Source of the DNA: Paraspadella gotoi
Lineage: Eukaryota; Animalia; Chaetognatha
Assembly (NCBI GenBank): GCA_051294375.1
Contig: JBJCIZ010000263.1
Span: 2,570-66,569 of the forward strand
Reading direction: 5' to 3'
Length of the DNA stretch: 64,000 nt
Positions 11,568 to 24,400 of the stretch are shown here, in pieces (position 1 is the stretch's first letter; each line of letters begins with the position of its first letter). The position numbers and the translations under genes were made by a program. The notes under the pieces are model-generated. The model had not been told where the DNA came from. It worked only from the letters and a program-made list of their open reading frames with translations, and did not search any database.

Positions 11568-12466
11568 CCCCCACCTCCGGCTTCCCTAAGGGAACCGAAA
11601 AATCGCCCTTATGCCGGGGGAAGGTGAATCGAGAGAAGATGAAAGGGAGAAGTAGAAAAAAAGGGGAAAAAATGAAATGAGGAAATAAGAAAAAGGGAAT
11701 AGAAAGGAAGTAGAATGAATAAAATAAGGAGAAAAGAGAGGGGATGGGGAAAGATTTGAAACGGAAAATGAAATGGAAAGGTGAAATGGAAAAATGTCTA
11801 TTTAATTTTAAATTCATTTTTAAATGGCCCGTCTGCAAACGTAATGATAAGATATAAAATGAAACTATAATCATTGTTATTCTTTTTACTGTAATCATTT
11901 GTACATTTTACACTGTTCACTTGAAACTATTTCTTGATCATGATTGTAAATAAAACAAACGAAATGAACTATGAATTATATGAATAGAAACCTACAAAAT
12001 TCTGTGCATCGGTTTTTAAACGTTACTGAAAGGACAGTGATACAAATTTGAGAAACTAAATTTCGTGAGATCATGAATCGAATTAAAAAACTAAAATAGA
12101 CTGAAGTAAATCTAACAAAATAAACGGACGTATCCACTAAAAAAAAATTACGACGCAAAGGTTTAACACGTTTGAATAAAAAGTCACCGAAATTTTAACT
12201 TTACTTAAAATAAAAAACGTTTGTACCTGTTTTATGTGTGAGGCTGAACTCTCTAGAAAATTGAACCGTTTGTCTTTTCAAACAGGTCAACCTCGCGATT
12301 GTCTTGTCAAACTAACGAGTTACGTTGAGGCAAACAGTCATAGCACGTAAAGCAGACTTTATTCCGTTCTGTAATTCGGTTCCGTAAACAGTTCTGGTTT
12401 TGGTCTGACATCACGTTGTGCCCGCCAACTGTCTTATCAGCGTGTCCGGGCAACAATGCGAGCTGT

Positions 12467-13275
12467 CTAAAGATCGTCGTCATCTTCCTCCATCTCCTCG
12501 CCGTCATCTTTGCCTAAAAGGGCCCGTTCTCGCTCGGGGGTAATATGGATAAGGGGGAGCGAGGAAATCCTTTCGAGCGGCGGGAGTTGCGGACAAGTCT
12601 CGCCTACGGAGACGAAGGAATCGTCTGCGGAAGATGGAGGGGTCGTCAGCGTTGTCTCTGTCAAGTTCGTTGTAGAAGCAGAAGTCGTAAATGACGTGTC
12701 AAGTGGGGTCACGGAAGAGGGGAACAACACGTCGGGGGTTTCCGTAGCATCAAGCGTGTTGTCTCTGGCGGAGGGTGTAGGGGTTACGGTTTCTTCTTCT
12801 GGGGTGGAAGCCGCGGTCTTTTCCTTGTCGGCTTTAGGAGTGGAATGTTCGTGGAAAACGATTGCAGTATTGCGGAACTCTTCCCGCACGTCTCTACAGC
12901 GAAATCCGTCCGAATCTATTGTTGGGTAGTTCTTCTCGGAGCGGGGTACAGTTGGCATTTTCTTCTTAGGAGTTGCTGGGTATTTAAATTGTTTATCCCA
13001 TTTCTTGTACTCGATGAATCGTTCTTTCTCATTCCTTGTCATTTGCCCGGATTTCTTACGGGCCTCTTGTTCGTCGAGGTGGCGTTGGTGAGCTTTTTTC
13101 AGCCTCTGCTGGTGAGAGTCCCCATTGAATCGGCTTGTCGACGTTGGCTGGGAGAGATGGTTGCTGGGGTGCAGAAGGCGCGGCCTTGCTCCTCGCTCCC
13201 TTTCCGCTCTCGGCTCCCAAATCTGATTCCGAGATGAAATCTCTTTTCCTCTTGTCGTTGACGGTCTTCTCCAGC
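12467..13275 (-). CDS. Extra ORF (ORF3), C-terminal exon, copy 1
   Basis: ...HQRHLDEQEARKKSGQMTRNEKERFIEYKKWDKQFKYPATPKKK...DDGEEMEEDDDDL*, homologous to 52440-53251. Confidence 0.7.
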
Positions 13276-13283
13276 GCCTCGAA

Positions 13284-16200
13284 GGAAAGAACGATTTACG
13301 AATTAATTGAATTCCTAAAAATGCACCTTTTAGCAGTAAAATCCGTCTACTACAGGAAAAAGAAGTCGTCGACGGCCTCGTAGCAGCGGTTGTGGCATCC
13401 AGTAAAGCTTCCACCCGCGATTCAAAACGGTGGGGGCGCGCCCGGCCTTCCAGAGATGAACAATCGAATGAATTTTCGATTCCCTGGATGACTCCGATCC
13501 CACCCAACCACCTCCAAGCCGAGAAGACGAAGACGACGCAGAAGTAAAGAGCAACCACCAAGGTTGGCTCCCACAACGCAGACGATAGATACCGGATGTG
13601 GTTATGTTGTCGCTCAACAGGCAGTACCACAGGCAAACCCTGTGGCGCCTCAACCCATCCCGCCAACCTCTATCACCCAGTCACAGGCGCAACCACCTAT
13701 GACATCAACGCTAAACCCGGGAGCGCCAATGTTTACATCGACCCCTGCTCGACCAACCACACCGCATTGTCTTTCTGTGGTCAAAACCATATGGTATGGG
13801 ATTGTGCAGGGTATCAGGCTCTTGGAGTTCAGGCAAGAGCTGATATGATTTTGGGTAGAAGAATTTGTTTCAAATGCCTGAACGGGAACCACCTAGCTAG
13901 CAAATGCAGGTTTGGAGTTCCATGCTCTTTATGTAGAGGCAATCATCATCAAACGTTACATGGGATGGCTCCGGTACGCCGATTTAATTCCTAACGAAAA
14001 ATACGCAATATCAGCCGACGACGTTTGCACAGCCACCTACTTACGCAACCCCCGCCTTCACCCCTCCTCTGCCCCCTCTTATACCCCTTCGCCCATGCCC
14101 CAGCCCCTCTACCAGGTGCCGGTGGCGGCGAACACTACAGCAACGACGGTGAACGGTGGTACCTTTGATCCAAATCAAACGATCCCCATGAAACGCGACA
14201 ACCAGCCACCCCCTGCAGTGGCTGCAGGTACGCGTCAAGTTGACTGGCGGTTGCGTCCGCCCCAGGTGAATCGACCTTTCGTCCAGTTGTACGGTCGTTG
14301 TAGAAACCGGCGGACGCAAGTGTACAACTTACGCCATGATTGATAGTGGCTGTAATCGATGTGTCTTAAAACAAAAACATTGCTGATGAATTAAAACTAG
14401 ATGTAACCCATATTCCCATGAGAATCAGGACCCTCGATAGCGATCAAACAATGCATCGGGAATGTGGCCGATTCAATGTGGAACCGCTTGATGGAACTTT
14501 TTCCATTTCCGTCCACCGCGCGATTGTGGGAAAACTGCTGACATCGGAGGACGACCGCCCCCTTGTAATGAAGATGTGGCCGGAAAACCACATCTGGAAG
14601 GGGTTTCATTCCCCAATCTCCCTGACAAGGAGGTTGGAATGCTCCTCCAGCGGGATTTGCCTATACTTGGATCGGCGGTGAAGTACGACGTGGCGCTGCA
14701 GATCAGCCAATCGCACTCATGACCGACTTTTGTTGGACCCTCGTTGGTCCGCGGCCTGGTACGGACGGGAGTGATGTCCACTGTGCCCGTATCACTGCGG
14801 AGTACATAGAGGAAGATGAGAGAAAAATCCAAGAAGATATTCGACGCTTATTTCATCGTGACTTTGTTCCGGCGCCAAGTGCAACAAAGCTTCCATCTGT
14901 TGAAGATGAGTACGCCGTGAAACAATTGGAATCAACCATTCGGTATGATGAGAAAGAAGGGCATTATTTTGTTGGTTTTACCATGGATGAGAGGTAGAGA
15001 AAAAGCGGCTGAAGTTTTGAACAGTAGAGATTCGGCAACGATGGCCCTCAATCGTTTGCAGTCTCTTATGCGCAAACTCAACCGAAATCCTGCTGACAAA
15101 AAACGAGTCAATGATGAGATGAAAAAAGTTTGTGGAGGAAGGGCACGCGCGAAAAGTCGACGTCAACAAGATCTCAAAGAAGAAACCGATTTGGACCCTT
15201 CCACTTCACGTAGTAGTACGACATGATAAAAACAAAGTACGTATTTGTCATGATGCACGCGCAAGCGTGAAAGGTAAATCTCTCAATGACGAGTTGTTGA
15301 CTGGCCCAGACTACATGACAAATCTATTGGGCGTCATGTTACGTTTTCGACGCCACAGAGTGGCATTAGCCGCGGATATTCGCGGATTTTTCCACCAGGT
15401 ATTTGTTGATGAAAACGATGTACATTGCTTCCAATATTGGTGGTTTGAGGATGATGCATGTACACAATTAGCCCTCTTTGAACTTAGGGTCCATATTTTT
15501 GGTGCAAAAAGTTCACCGCTTGTGGCTAATTATACCCTCAAAACCCACGCGAAAACGTTGGAAGGAAAATTGCCAATGAGGTTGTCGAGGCGATTATTCG
15601 CCAATTCTATGTCGACGATTTTCTCGGATCAATGCCCGACGAAGAAACCGCTCGCGAGATTAAGAAGGGCCTGACTGAAGCTCTTCGCCGCGGCGGGTTC
15701 GAGTTGACGAAATGGAAATGCTCTGTGCCAAGTGTTCTGGAAGACGAACCTGATCAAGCGACGGACACAACGAAAACGTTTACTGATGGAAACGATAATG
15801 ACGTGAAAGACGAACGACCCCGAGATAAAGTATTGGGTGTTGCATTTTCATTTTTTGATGATTATTTTTCCCCATGCATTAATCAGGAAAAGTGTTAAAA
15901 CGTTGTATTACAAAAAGACAAATTTTGTCTCTTACCGCCAGCCTGTACGATCCACTGGGCATCGTTCCCGTTTACGCTGAAAGGACGCAATTACTTCCAG
16001 CGCGCGAAGAAGCAACAGCGGACTGGGATTCCCCTCTGCCAGATGATCTCATCAAGGACTTTGATACCTGGCGTCAACAAATGCACAGAATTGGAGTCCA
16101 TCAAACTCCCGCGATGGATTGCAACAAGAGAGACGACGAACGATCCCGCGGAGCTTCACGTATTTTCGGACGCCAGCCATGATGGCTACGGCGTCACTAT

Positions 16201-18287
16201 TTATCGTAGAACTGTCCCACCTACTGACGGAAAATCTCATGTTGCCTTTATTATGTCCAGGTCCCGAGTGACGCCGGCCGATTCCTCCAAAGCGTCTCAC
16301 CACAACTCGATCCGAGATTGGATTTGACGGCGGCATGCCTCGGCGCAGAGATTCGACACACCGTGGTAGAAGAGATGACAAATGACCGGTTTGAAAAAGT
16401 AGTAATGTGGACTGATTCTGAAACGGTTTTGAAACAAATTTTTGATTGTAGTCTAAATTTGCAGCTTTCTTTAAAAAACCGTTTATCTCGAATTAGGGAA
16501 TTAACCGATGTCACGGAATGGCGCTACGTCGCGACGGATGAAAATCCCGCTGACGATTGCAGCCGAGGTCTTCCTGCTGGTGACCCAAATGGCAACGTTT
16601 TCACAATGGCCCCGACTTCTTGTGGCGCCCAGAAGCGGAGTGGCCGGAACAGAAGCTGTCCGCGAAACCACTCCCAGCAGACATCCTTACGACTGAGGCC
16701 GACGAAGATGTCGAGACGGCCACGGATAAACGCTCAAACAAAAAATCCAATGTAGAACATTGGGCCCTTCGAGTCGCACGCCAAGTTCTGACTCCCATAA
16801 AAAACTTCGTTTGATTGCGACGATGAAACACGCGATCACGAGATGGATTGAATGGAGAAAAGCATTGCGCCAAGACGCAGATGCTAGACCAAAAAAGATA
16901 AAATGGCTGACTTTAAAAGATTTAAAAGATGCAGAAATTATCCAATGCCGACGCTGCAGCTTCGCTATTTTCCAGACGAGTACCGCCAACTTCGAGAGAA
17001 AAATGTTCGCTCTCCGGATGCTAGAGCTGAGTTAACGCAGACACGTTCCCCACTGCGCCAGCTCAACCCATTCCTAGACCCTGCGGACGTTATACGAATT
17101 GGCGGCCGAATTGGGAAAGCGATTTTAGCCTATGAAACGCGACATCCAATTGTGTTACCAAAAAATGATCAAATTGTACGAGATTACATCCGCCATGTTC
17201 ACGAGCAAGAAGCGCACGCTGGCGTTGAACACGTACTCGCAAACACCGCCGCCGATTTCACATTCCTTCAATGCGCCAGGTTGCGAGGTCCGTCATTAAA
17301 CGTTGCGTCAGTTGTCAAAAGAATTTCCGACCCCCGGCGACGCAAAAGATGGGCGACATACCCGAGGACCGTCTGACGATTGGAGAACCATTCTCGGCAG
17401 TGGGCGTCGACATCTTTGGCCCATTTCACGTCGTGCATGGTGGCCGGGGCAGTGCCAAACGTTGGGTAGCTTTGTATACGTGTTTAAAATCAAGGGCTAT
17501 CCATCTAGAAGTTCTACACGACTTATCATCTTCATCCTTTATAAACTCTATAATCCGCTTTAACTCCCGTCGCCCTGGGACGAAAAAATTTTTCAGTGAT
17601 AACGGAACCAACTTACGCGGGGCGGATTCAGAGTTGAAAGCGGCAGTGGAAAAATGGAGAGAGGAGCAGGTGCATAAAAAAATGATAGAGTACGGAGTCG
17701 AATGGGTTTTTGGCCCTCCCCATGCCCCCCAATGGGGAGGAGTGTGGGAGAGATTGGTTCAATCTACCAAAAAACATTTGACTGCTATTTTGAAAAAAGA
17801 TAAACTTCAACTTGAAGTTCTGACGACGGCGTTGGCAGCGGTAGAAAGCATCCTAAATCGTCGCCCGCTGACAAGACTCAGCGAAGACCCGCGCGATTTG
17901 GAAGCCCTGACGCCAGCCCAAATTCTATACCCAAGTGTCTACCGCACATCCAGAGCGATAATGTGCCGCCGGAGTCTGTTAACGGCGACGCTCTGAGAAG
18001 TACATGGAGATTAGCGAGACGTTTAAGCGAGAATTTGGGAACGCTGGAAGCACGAGTATGTAGTAACGCTTCAACAGCGCCAAAAGTGGCAAAAAACGCA
18101 GGAAAATCTGAAAGAGGATCAATTAGTCCTAATGGTTGACGAGCTAAAATCACGAGATCAATGGCGGTTAGCGCAAGTCATTGACGCAGGTGAAGGCACG
18201 CACGTGCGACGCGTGCAAGTACGCACTGCGGACGATAAGATCTTTGAACGCGACCGAAACAAACTCGTCCCATTGGAATGTGATTGA
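13284..18287 (+). CDS. BEL/Pao Gag(C-term)-Pol polyprotein, copy 1 (many frameshifts, probably partly sequencing error)
   Basis: Three Cys/His knuckles (CxFCGQNHMVWDC, CFKCLNGNHLASKC, CSLCRGNHHQTLH). Protease YAMIDSG (~14330-14352). RT KVRICHDARA/LLTGPD/LRFR/ADIRGFFHQV/FGAKSSP/FYVDDF. Pao RNase H region YDPLG/LHVFSDAS/WTDSETVL/ENPAD. Integrase HEQEAH..CVSC, GVDIFGP, SDNGTN, GGVWERLV. Confidence 0.93.
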
Positions 18288-18558
18288 TCTAACTCATAAA
18301 AATTGTTTTCTTTTGCTGATTATTTCTGACTATGACTTGCTTCATTTGTATATATTGTAAATATATCTTGTTAAAACTCATAGTAAACGCCACTATTCTC
18401 GTCTCTTATTGCTTTGGTTTCACAATGTGATTTTGTAAAACTCTGTTTGAACAAATAAAGTGAAGATTACGTTTCTTATTATTTCTGTTTTAAATGCACG
18501 TAACTAATTTTTTTTTTTACTTTCTACCATACCCAGAGATTCTTTCTATAACATTAAA

Positions 18559-19881
18559 ATGGCGAACAAACAACATCGCAAACGAAGTTCCTCCAGCTGA
18601 ACTCTCCCGGAAGCGGCACCACCGTTGTGACGTTTCATCCAATGGCCATTGGGAGAGCCTCTGCCTGGATTGCCTTTGGACGTCGACGATTCCTACCGTC
18701 AGTATACGCCATCCTGGAGGAACTCAATTCAGAGACCATTATCAGAGAACTCCGAGCATGGGCCGAGGCTGGTGATATCACCGCCCTGAATCCCCCGCCC
18801 AGGAGCCTGAACATGATTTGGGAGTTGAGAACGGCGACGGGCCATTCCGTCAACATTTCCGACCGTGTAGATTGGGCACCCAGAAGCCCGTTAATTCAGG
18901 TCCAGATTCGATTGTTAGGGACCTACAAGGCGGGATGTATACCAACATGGATGAAGCCCGCCATGCGCTCTTCGCCGCCCTAGCTCGGCGCGATGCAACG
19001 ACAAGACGTTCTCGCAGTGTCGGACGCCCAGCCCCGTCCTCTTCTCCCGTAGCCCCTGCTGCCCCGCGCGTGCCTACGCCTTCCCCTCCTCCGCGTCCGT
19101 CGGCCCAGCCGGCGAGAAACGTGTGTAGTGAGGAAGGAGACGGAAGTGCAGAACGTGGTAAGTGGCCAGGTGGCTCCAGAGCAAACCCTGGACAACACCT
19201 TAGCCGCAAGAAAAAAGCATGATGCGCATGAAGATGCACATCGAAAAGAGACTGGCGAAACGCGCGGAATCGAATGTCAACAAGCCATCCGTAGTCTTCG
19301 TTCCATCTACAACCGTAGCTGATCAACCAGGACCGTTCCTAAAGCGCTGATCACCCCTGATCCATCACCCGCTCAACCAACGCCGATGGAACAGGACAAT
19401 CCCTTCGAGTTGCGAAACCTCCATACTTCTCCGTCCCATGTCCAGATTTCCAACGCGATCAGACGTCCTAGTGTACCAGCCGATCTCCACCAAGAGCGGG
19501 TCAGATCAAGTAGAGGAAGCAATGAAAACGACGGAACAACAAACACGAGAAATAGAAAGAGAAAGACGCAGGTCCCGTCGTGCGGCCAAGATTAACGCGA
19601 CCTATCCGCCGGCGTGCTGGGCCGCGTGCCCATGCACACGCCGAATGCAACCTCAACGCCAGTACACGACGTGACCACACCACAGAGCCAGGAGAACGGA
19701 GGTTCCTTGAAGAAATGATAAAAATATAATTCCACTTTAATAAATCAGACTAGATTAATTAACACGTTATCCCCTTCCCTTCCCTTTTCCCATTCGTATC
19801 TATTTTAGGAGAAACGATTTCAACCTGACAATTGATGAACAGGACATCAACGCTACGTTTCGCGAGGCCCCGCCCGGTTGC
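18559..19881 (+). CDS. Extra ORF (ORF3) exon 1, putative intron (19702-19808) and start of exon 2, copy 1
   Basis: AAAATGG start at 18559. Reads ...VTFHPMAIGRASAWIAFGRRRFLPSVYAILEELNSETIIRELRAW... and matches 51174 onward. Confidence 0.7.
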
Positions 19882-20677
19882 NNNNNNNNNNNNNNNNNNN
19901 NNNNNNNNNNNNNNNNNNNNNNNNNNNNNNNNNNNNNNNNNNNNNNNNNNNNNNNNNNNNNNNNNNNNNNNNNNNNNNNNNAGTGTTTGTCGGAAAAAAA
20001 ATTTAATTTCCCCACGATGTGGAACTCATTTAAGTTGATCCATGAATTAAAAATCTTGATTGATATTTTTTTTTGGGGGGGGACTCCATAATTCATAAGT
20101 TAGATCTGTCGATTACTGCCTATTATTTGTTTATTTATGATTTATTTAATTCTTTTTTGAACATCAATTATGAATATTTTTTTTTAAAAAATTTGTTTCT
20201 TCTCTATTAGTTCCATCAGTATGTCCATCCAAAAAAAAAAGAAAAAAAAGGAAAAAAAAAAAAGGAAAAAGAAAAAAAGAAAGATGACTGATGAGCTTCT
20301 TACCACTAATATTGTGCCACGTCATACATTGTTTTTACTCAAACTTGTTTCTTATATCTTTTTAATTGAATAAAATAATTAAGTTCAAAAAATACAAATA
20401 TTATAATTTTTAGATAAAATATGTAATAAACGAGGTTAACAATAATTTAAAAAAATGTATATTTTTTTTTAGTTACATAAAAACAAAGTCTTGAATGATA
20501 GAGAGAGAGAAAAGATAGAGAGAGAAAGAAAGAGAGAAAGGAAAAAGAAAGAAAAAAAAGAAAAAAAAGAAAAAAAAAGAGAGAGAGACGGAGAAAGAAG
20601 AGAAAGAGAGAGAGAGAGCAGAAGAAAGTGAGAGAAAAGAGAAAAGAAGAGAAAGAGAGAGTAACAGACAGGGAGAG

Positions 20678-21302
20678 TGAATGAGAGATGGCGACTGTTT
20701 TATTCATTTTTCTCATTATTTTGCTATTTATTCCATTTCATTCGTTCACGTGACTTTTCTATTACATTCGTCTGCTTTTCTATTACTCTTTTTGTTATGC
20801 ATTTCTTTCCCTTTTTCGTCAGTTTAGTTAGAGGAGTTACCTTGTGACCTCTCCAAACGCTCTTTACGGTCTATGAAGTCCTTCCGTCATTCATGTCAGC
20901 CTTACGTCACCCAACTTGTCCTAGATCAAGGGCCACGAGACAGCCCACTTGAGCACTGCCAGCCAGAGACTCGCGGGGCAAAGGAGGGCACGGACGAGGC
21001 CAACATGTCACTAGCCTCAGACTCACTATGGAGCTTCGTGACTCTTAGCAGAGGACGTCGTCGCAAGGCTCGACACCCTCGCCTTCAACGAACTTGGTTC
21101 CTCGCAAGGCTTCCTTCGACTTTCCACACCGCTTACAACGGGGTCGCAGAGGCTGCGACGGCTCGAAGGGCGTCGGACAGACCGGCCCACTTTCTGTTGG
21201 AAGAGCGAAGGTGAAGGACCAAGGTTTTCACTCGTTAGTAGCCTGACGCGGTCGACACCGAGGAGGCGTCACCGAGACCCAGTTTGGTTCTGTTTCTCGA
21301 CA
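20678..21302 (+). repeat. BEL/Pao 5' LTR (copy 2, error-rich)
   Basis: TGAATGAGAGATGGCG...TTTCTCGACA, collinear with the other LTRs, with many single-base insertions. Confidence 0.88.
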
Positions 21303-21461
21303 GTAAAAGAGCCGAGAGCCTTTCTTATTTTGATTGCACATACCGACGTGCGTATAGGAAATACGTACATGGCGGATATGTAGATTTGATTATGTAAGAT
21401 TCCATTATTTTTTTTCTTTTTAATCGAATTACTATTATTTTACCCTCAAACCCCCCTCGTG

Positions 21462-24400
21462 ATGGCTTCTGCACCGGAGAACGATGGACCTTTTCAGGAA
21501 GAGGAGGAAGCAGTGGCTCCAACAGAATTTGCATCGCAGATGGAGACCCTCTTCCACACGTTTCAACGACTCCATGGTACAGCGGAAGAAACCGGATCTC
21601 CGCCAGATCGTATGTCCGCCAATAGCATGAGGGAGGCGTTAGAGGCAAAGCTTCAAATTGCTCAGCAGATAACCGCCAGCAGTGATTATGTACCAAACCC
21701 CTCTCTGACTTCGGCGATGGAGAGAACGCAGGAGATCCTCCAAACAATCCCCCGATATCCTGCGACAACCCTTACGCAGTTTTCTATTGACGGAATAGGA
21801 AACGTTCTGAATATACCTACTACCATTACGCAACAACCACTCCGCCCCTCCTCCCCCTTTGATGGCATGATTAACCCTAATTTGGGGAGAGCACTGGCAC
21901 GAAGATCGAGTGGACGAAATACTCCAACGGTGGGGGGAGCAGCGACAGCTACGAGATTAGATGAACCTGTCGCATCTAGAACCAGGTCTTCCGTATCAAC
22001 GGCTTCCCACCTTCGTACCGCTTTTTTAGACCCTTCGACCATAGCTACGACAGGAAGGGAATCGATGTCGTGGGATCATTACCCCGACAGTCGTACTCCG
22101 TCGCACACACGGGCACTTCAACGGCCTCCGGCCTCGACACGAGGAACCACTGGAGGACCGCCAACTGCGACGACGACAACGTCAACGACGACAACGGCTT
22201 CTGAATCAACCTCGGCCTCGCAGCCGACAGTTTTTACGTCCACCTCTACCACTAAACCACAGGTTGTTTAAGAGACACTAAAAGGCAGAGGGAGATTGTG
22301 TACGAAAGTCTTAGCGACAAGCAGCTGAACAGCATCACATTCGAGTCAATACCGCTAAAACGAGTACTCCGCGAACAGGAGCGACTACAATATAACCGCG
22401 CTGCTCGGATAATATGCACTCGACGCAAGAACGAATTAGCCCAGCAAGCTACTGACAACGAAGATCAACAACTAAGAGAGCTTGAAGCAGTTCGTACAAA
22501 GCGCCGACGGAAGAGTCAGCTGCCATTAGATGCCACCGACTCGGCACGACCATTGCGTCTTCTAACGCTAATGCGCCGGGGAGAACTTTGAAATCTCACG
22601 GAAGGATTTGCGCCTCCCGCGGATCGTTCCGCCAGAGTAACCTTTTCGGCGCAAAACAGCCCGTCGGCTCGCACGTTACCTCCCTAGGCGAATGCCTCTC
22701 TGCCATTGAAGCCTTCACGCAACAGCAGAACCAAGCTCAGGCAGAAGAGAGAGAACAAAGGCGCCGGGAGAGAGATCAAATGAGAGGATTTTGGATGAAC
22801 AAAACCAAAAGAAAGAGCACGGATGGCTACAGTACTTCTCTGCACAAGAAAGAGAAAGAGATCGGATGGCGAGAACTCTAGCCGGAGATGGCTGCACAAT
22901 GAAAGGATGAGGTTGAATCGGCGGGACAACCGCCGATGCAAGAGCAGCAACCGGTTACTCCTCAGAACCATCCGCCAGCATTTGAAACCCCTCCTGAACA
23001 AAGAATGCCGCCAGACAAAGTAGAGAACCACACCGGCGATTGGCGATCCGACAAGCAACGTCAAATACAAAGCTGATGACCTATATACGGCGGTTAGAAC
23101 AAGAGTTGGCGAAGAAAGACGCCAGCCGCGCGACAGGGACACCTACAGCAGAAGGTGGGGGAGAAGCAATGGCAGCAGGATCGATACCTGAGGCCCCTCC
23201 TCGATTACCTGCCGCGCCAGCAGTCCCGCCCACTGCTAACCCACAGTTTGAGAGATTATTATTCTAGTCAACCGAATCAACCATCCGAATGGTGAAGGAT
23301 CTTCGCCCTGAGGAAGTCTTCATGAGCGAAGGACGCAAAAATAAGGTTGTTTTTGAAATCATATGCAACAATGGGAATCTGCAATGTCACAACCAGGCGT
23401 TACTGACCAGATGCGTCACCAAGAATTACGCTTCTGGTTTGGCGGTCTCGCAAAACTGAAATTCAGAAATATTTCCACCGACAAGATTAGCAGCAGCGTC
23501 ACCGAAGCTATACACATGCTGCGAAAAGAGTTTGGCCGACCCGATGCTTCCCCTCAGAGATGCTTCGAGATTGCCTCGCTGCGGGAAAACCACCGAAGCG
23601 AACGACATCGATGGAGGCGAATACCCGGCTTGAGAACATCGTTGGGATTGCGGAAGCGAAAGGCGGATCCGCGATTTAAAAGAGATACGGTCATTGCGGA
23701 GATTCTTGAAACAAAGTTTCCCCAATGGAAAGGAAAATTCGCTGAGATCAACTCCGAGAGTTGTATTTATCAGGAAGGAAAAAGAACATTTACGAATTAA
23801 TTGAATTCCTAAAAATGCACCTTAGCAGTAAAATCCGTTACTACAGGAAAAAGAAGTCGTCGACGGCTCCGGGTAGCAGCGGTTGTGGCATCCAGTAAAG
23901 CTCCACCCGCGATTCAAAACGTGGGGGCGCGCCCGGCCTTCCCAGAGATGAACAATCGAATGAATCTTTCGATTCCCTGGATGACTCCGATCCCACCCAA
24001 CCACCTCCAAAGCCGAGAAGACGAAGACGACGCAGAAGTAAAGAGCAACACCAAGGTTGGCTCCCCAACGCAACGAGCGAACTAGATACGGATGTGGTAT
24101 GTTGTCGCTCAACAGGCAGTACCACAGGCAAACCCTGTGGGCGCCTCAACCCATCCCGCCAACCTCTATCACCCAGTCACAGGCGCAACCACCTATGACA
24201 TCAACGCTAAACCCGGCGAGAGCGCCAATGTTTAACATCGCCCCTGCTCGACCAACCACACCGCATTGTCATTTCTGTGGTCAAAACCATATGGTATGGG
24301 ATTGTGCAGGGTATCAGGCTCTTGAGGTTCAGGCAAGAGCTGATATGATTTTGGGGTAGAAGAATTTGTTTCAAATGCCTGAACGGAGAACCACCTAGCT

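Larger units (their letters stand above)
10966..19881. mobile_element. BEL/Pao copy 1: 5'-truncated, with an internal inversion
   Basis: 10966-~13283 is minus strand (LTR, 3' UTR, extra-ORF exon 2). ~13284-19881 is plus strand (late gag, pol, extra-ORF exon 1 and intron). It ends at a 100-N gap. Confidence 0.88.

Noticed and set aside
12467-13666. 399-aa ORF as a single gene
   Set aside because: It crosses the inversion junction at ~13283. The N-terminal part is antisense gag and only the C-terminal part is ORF3.
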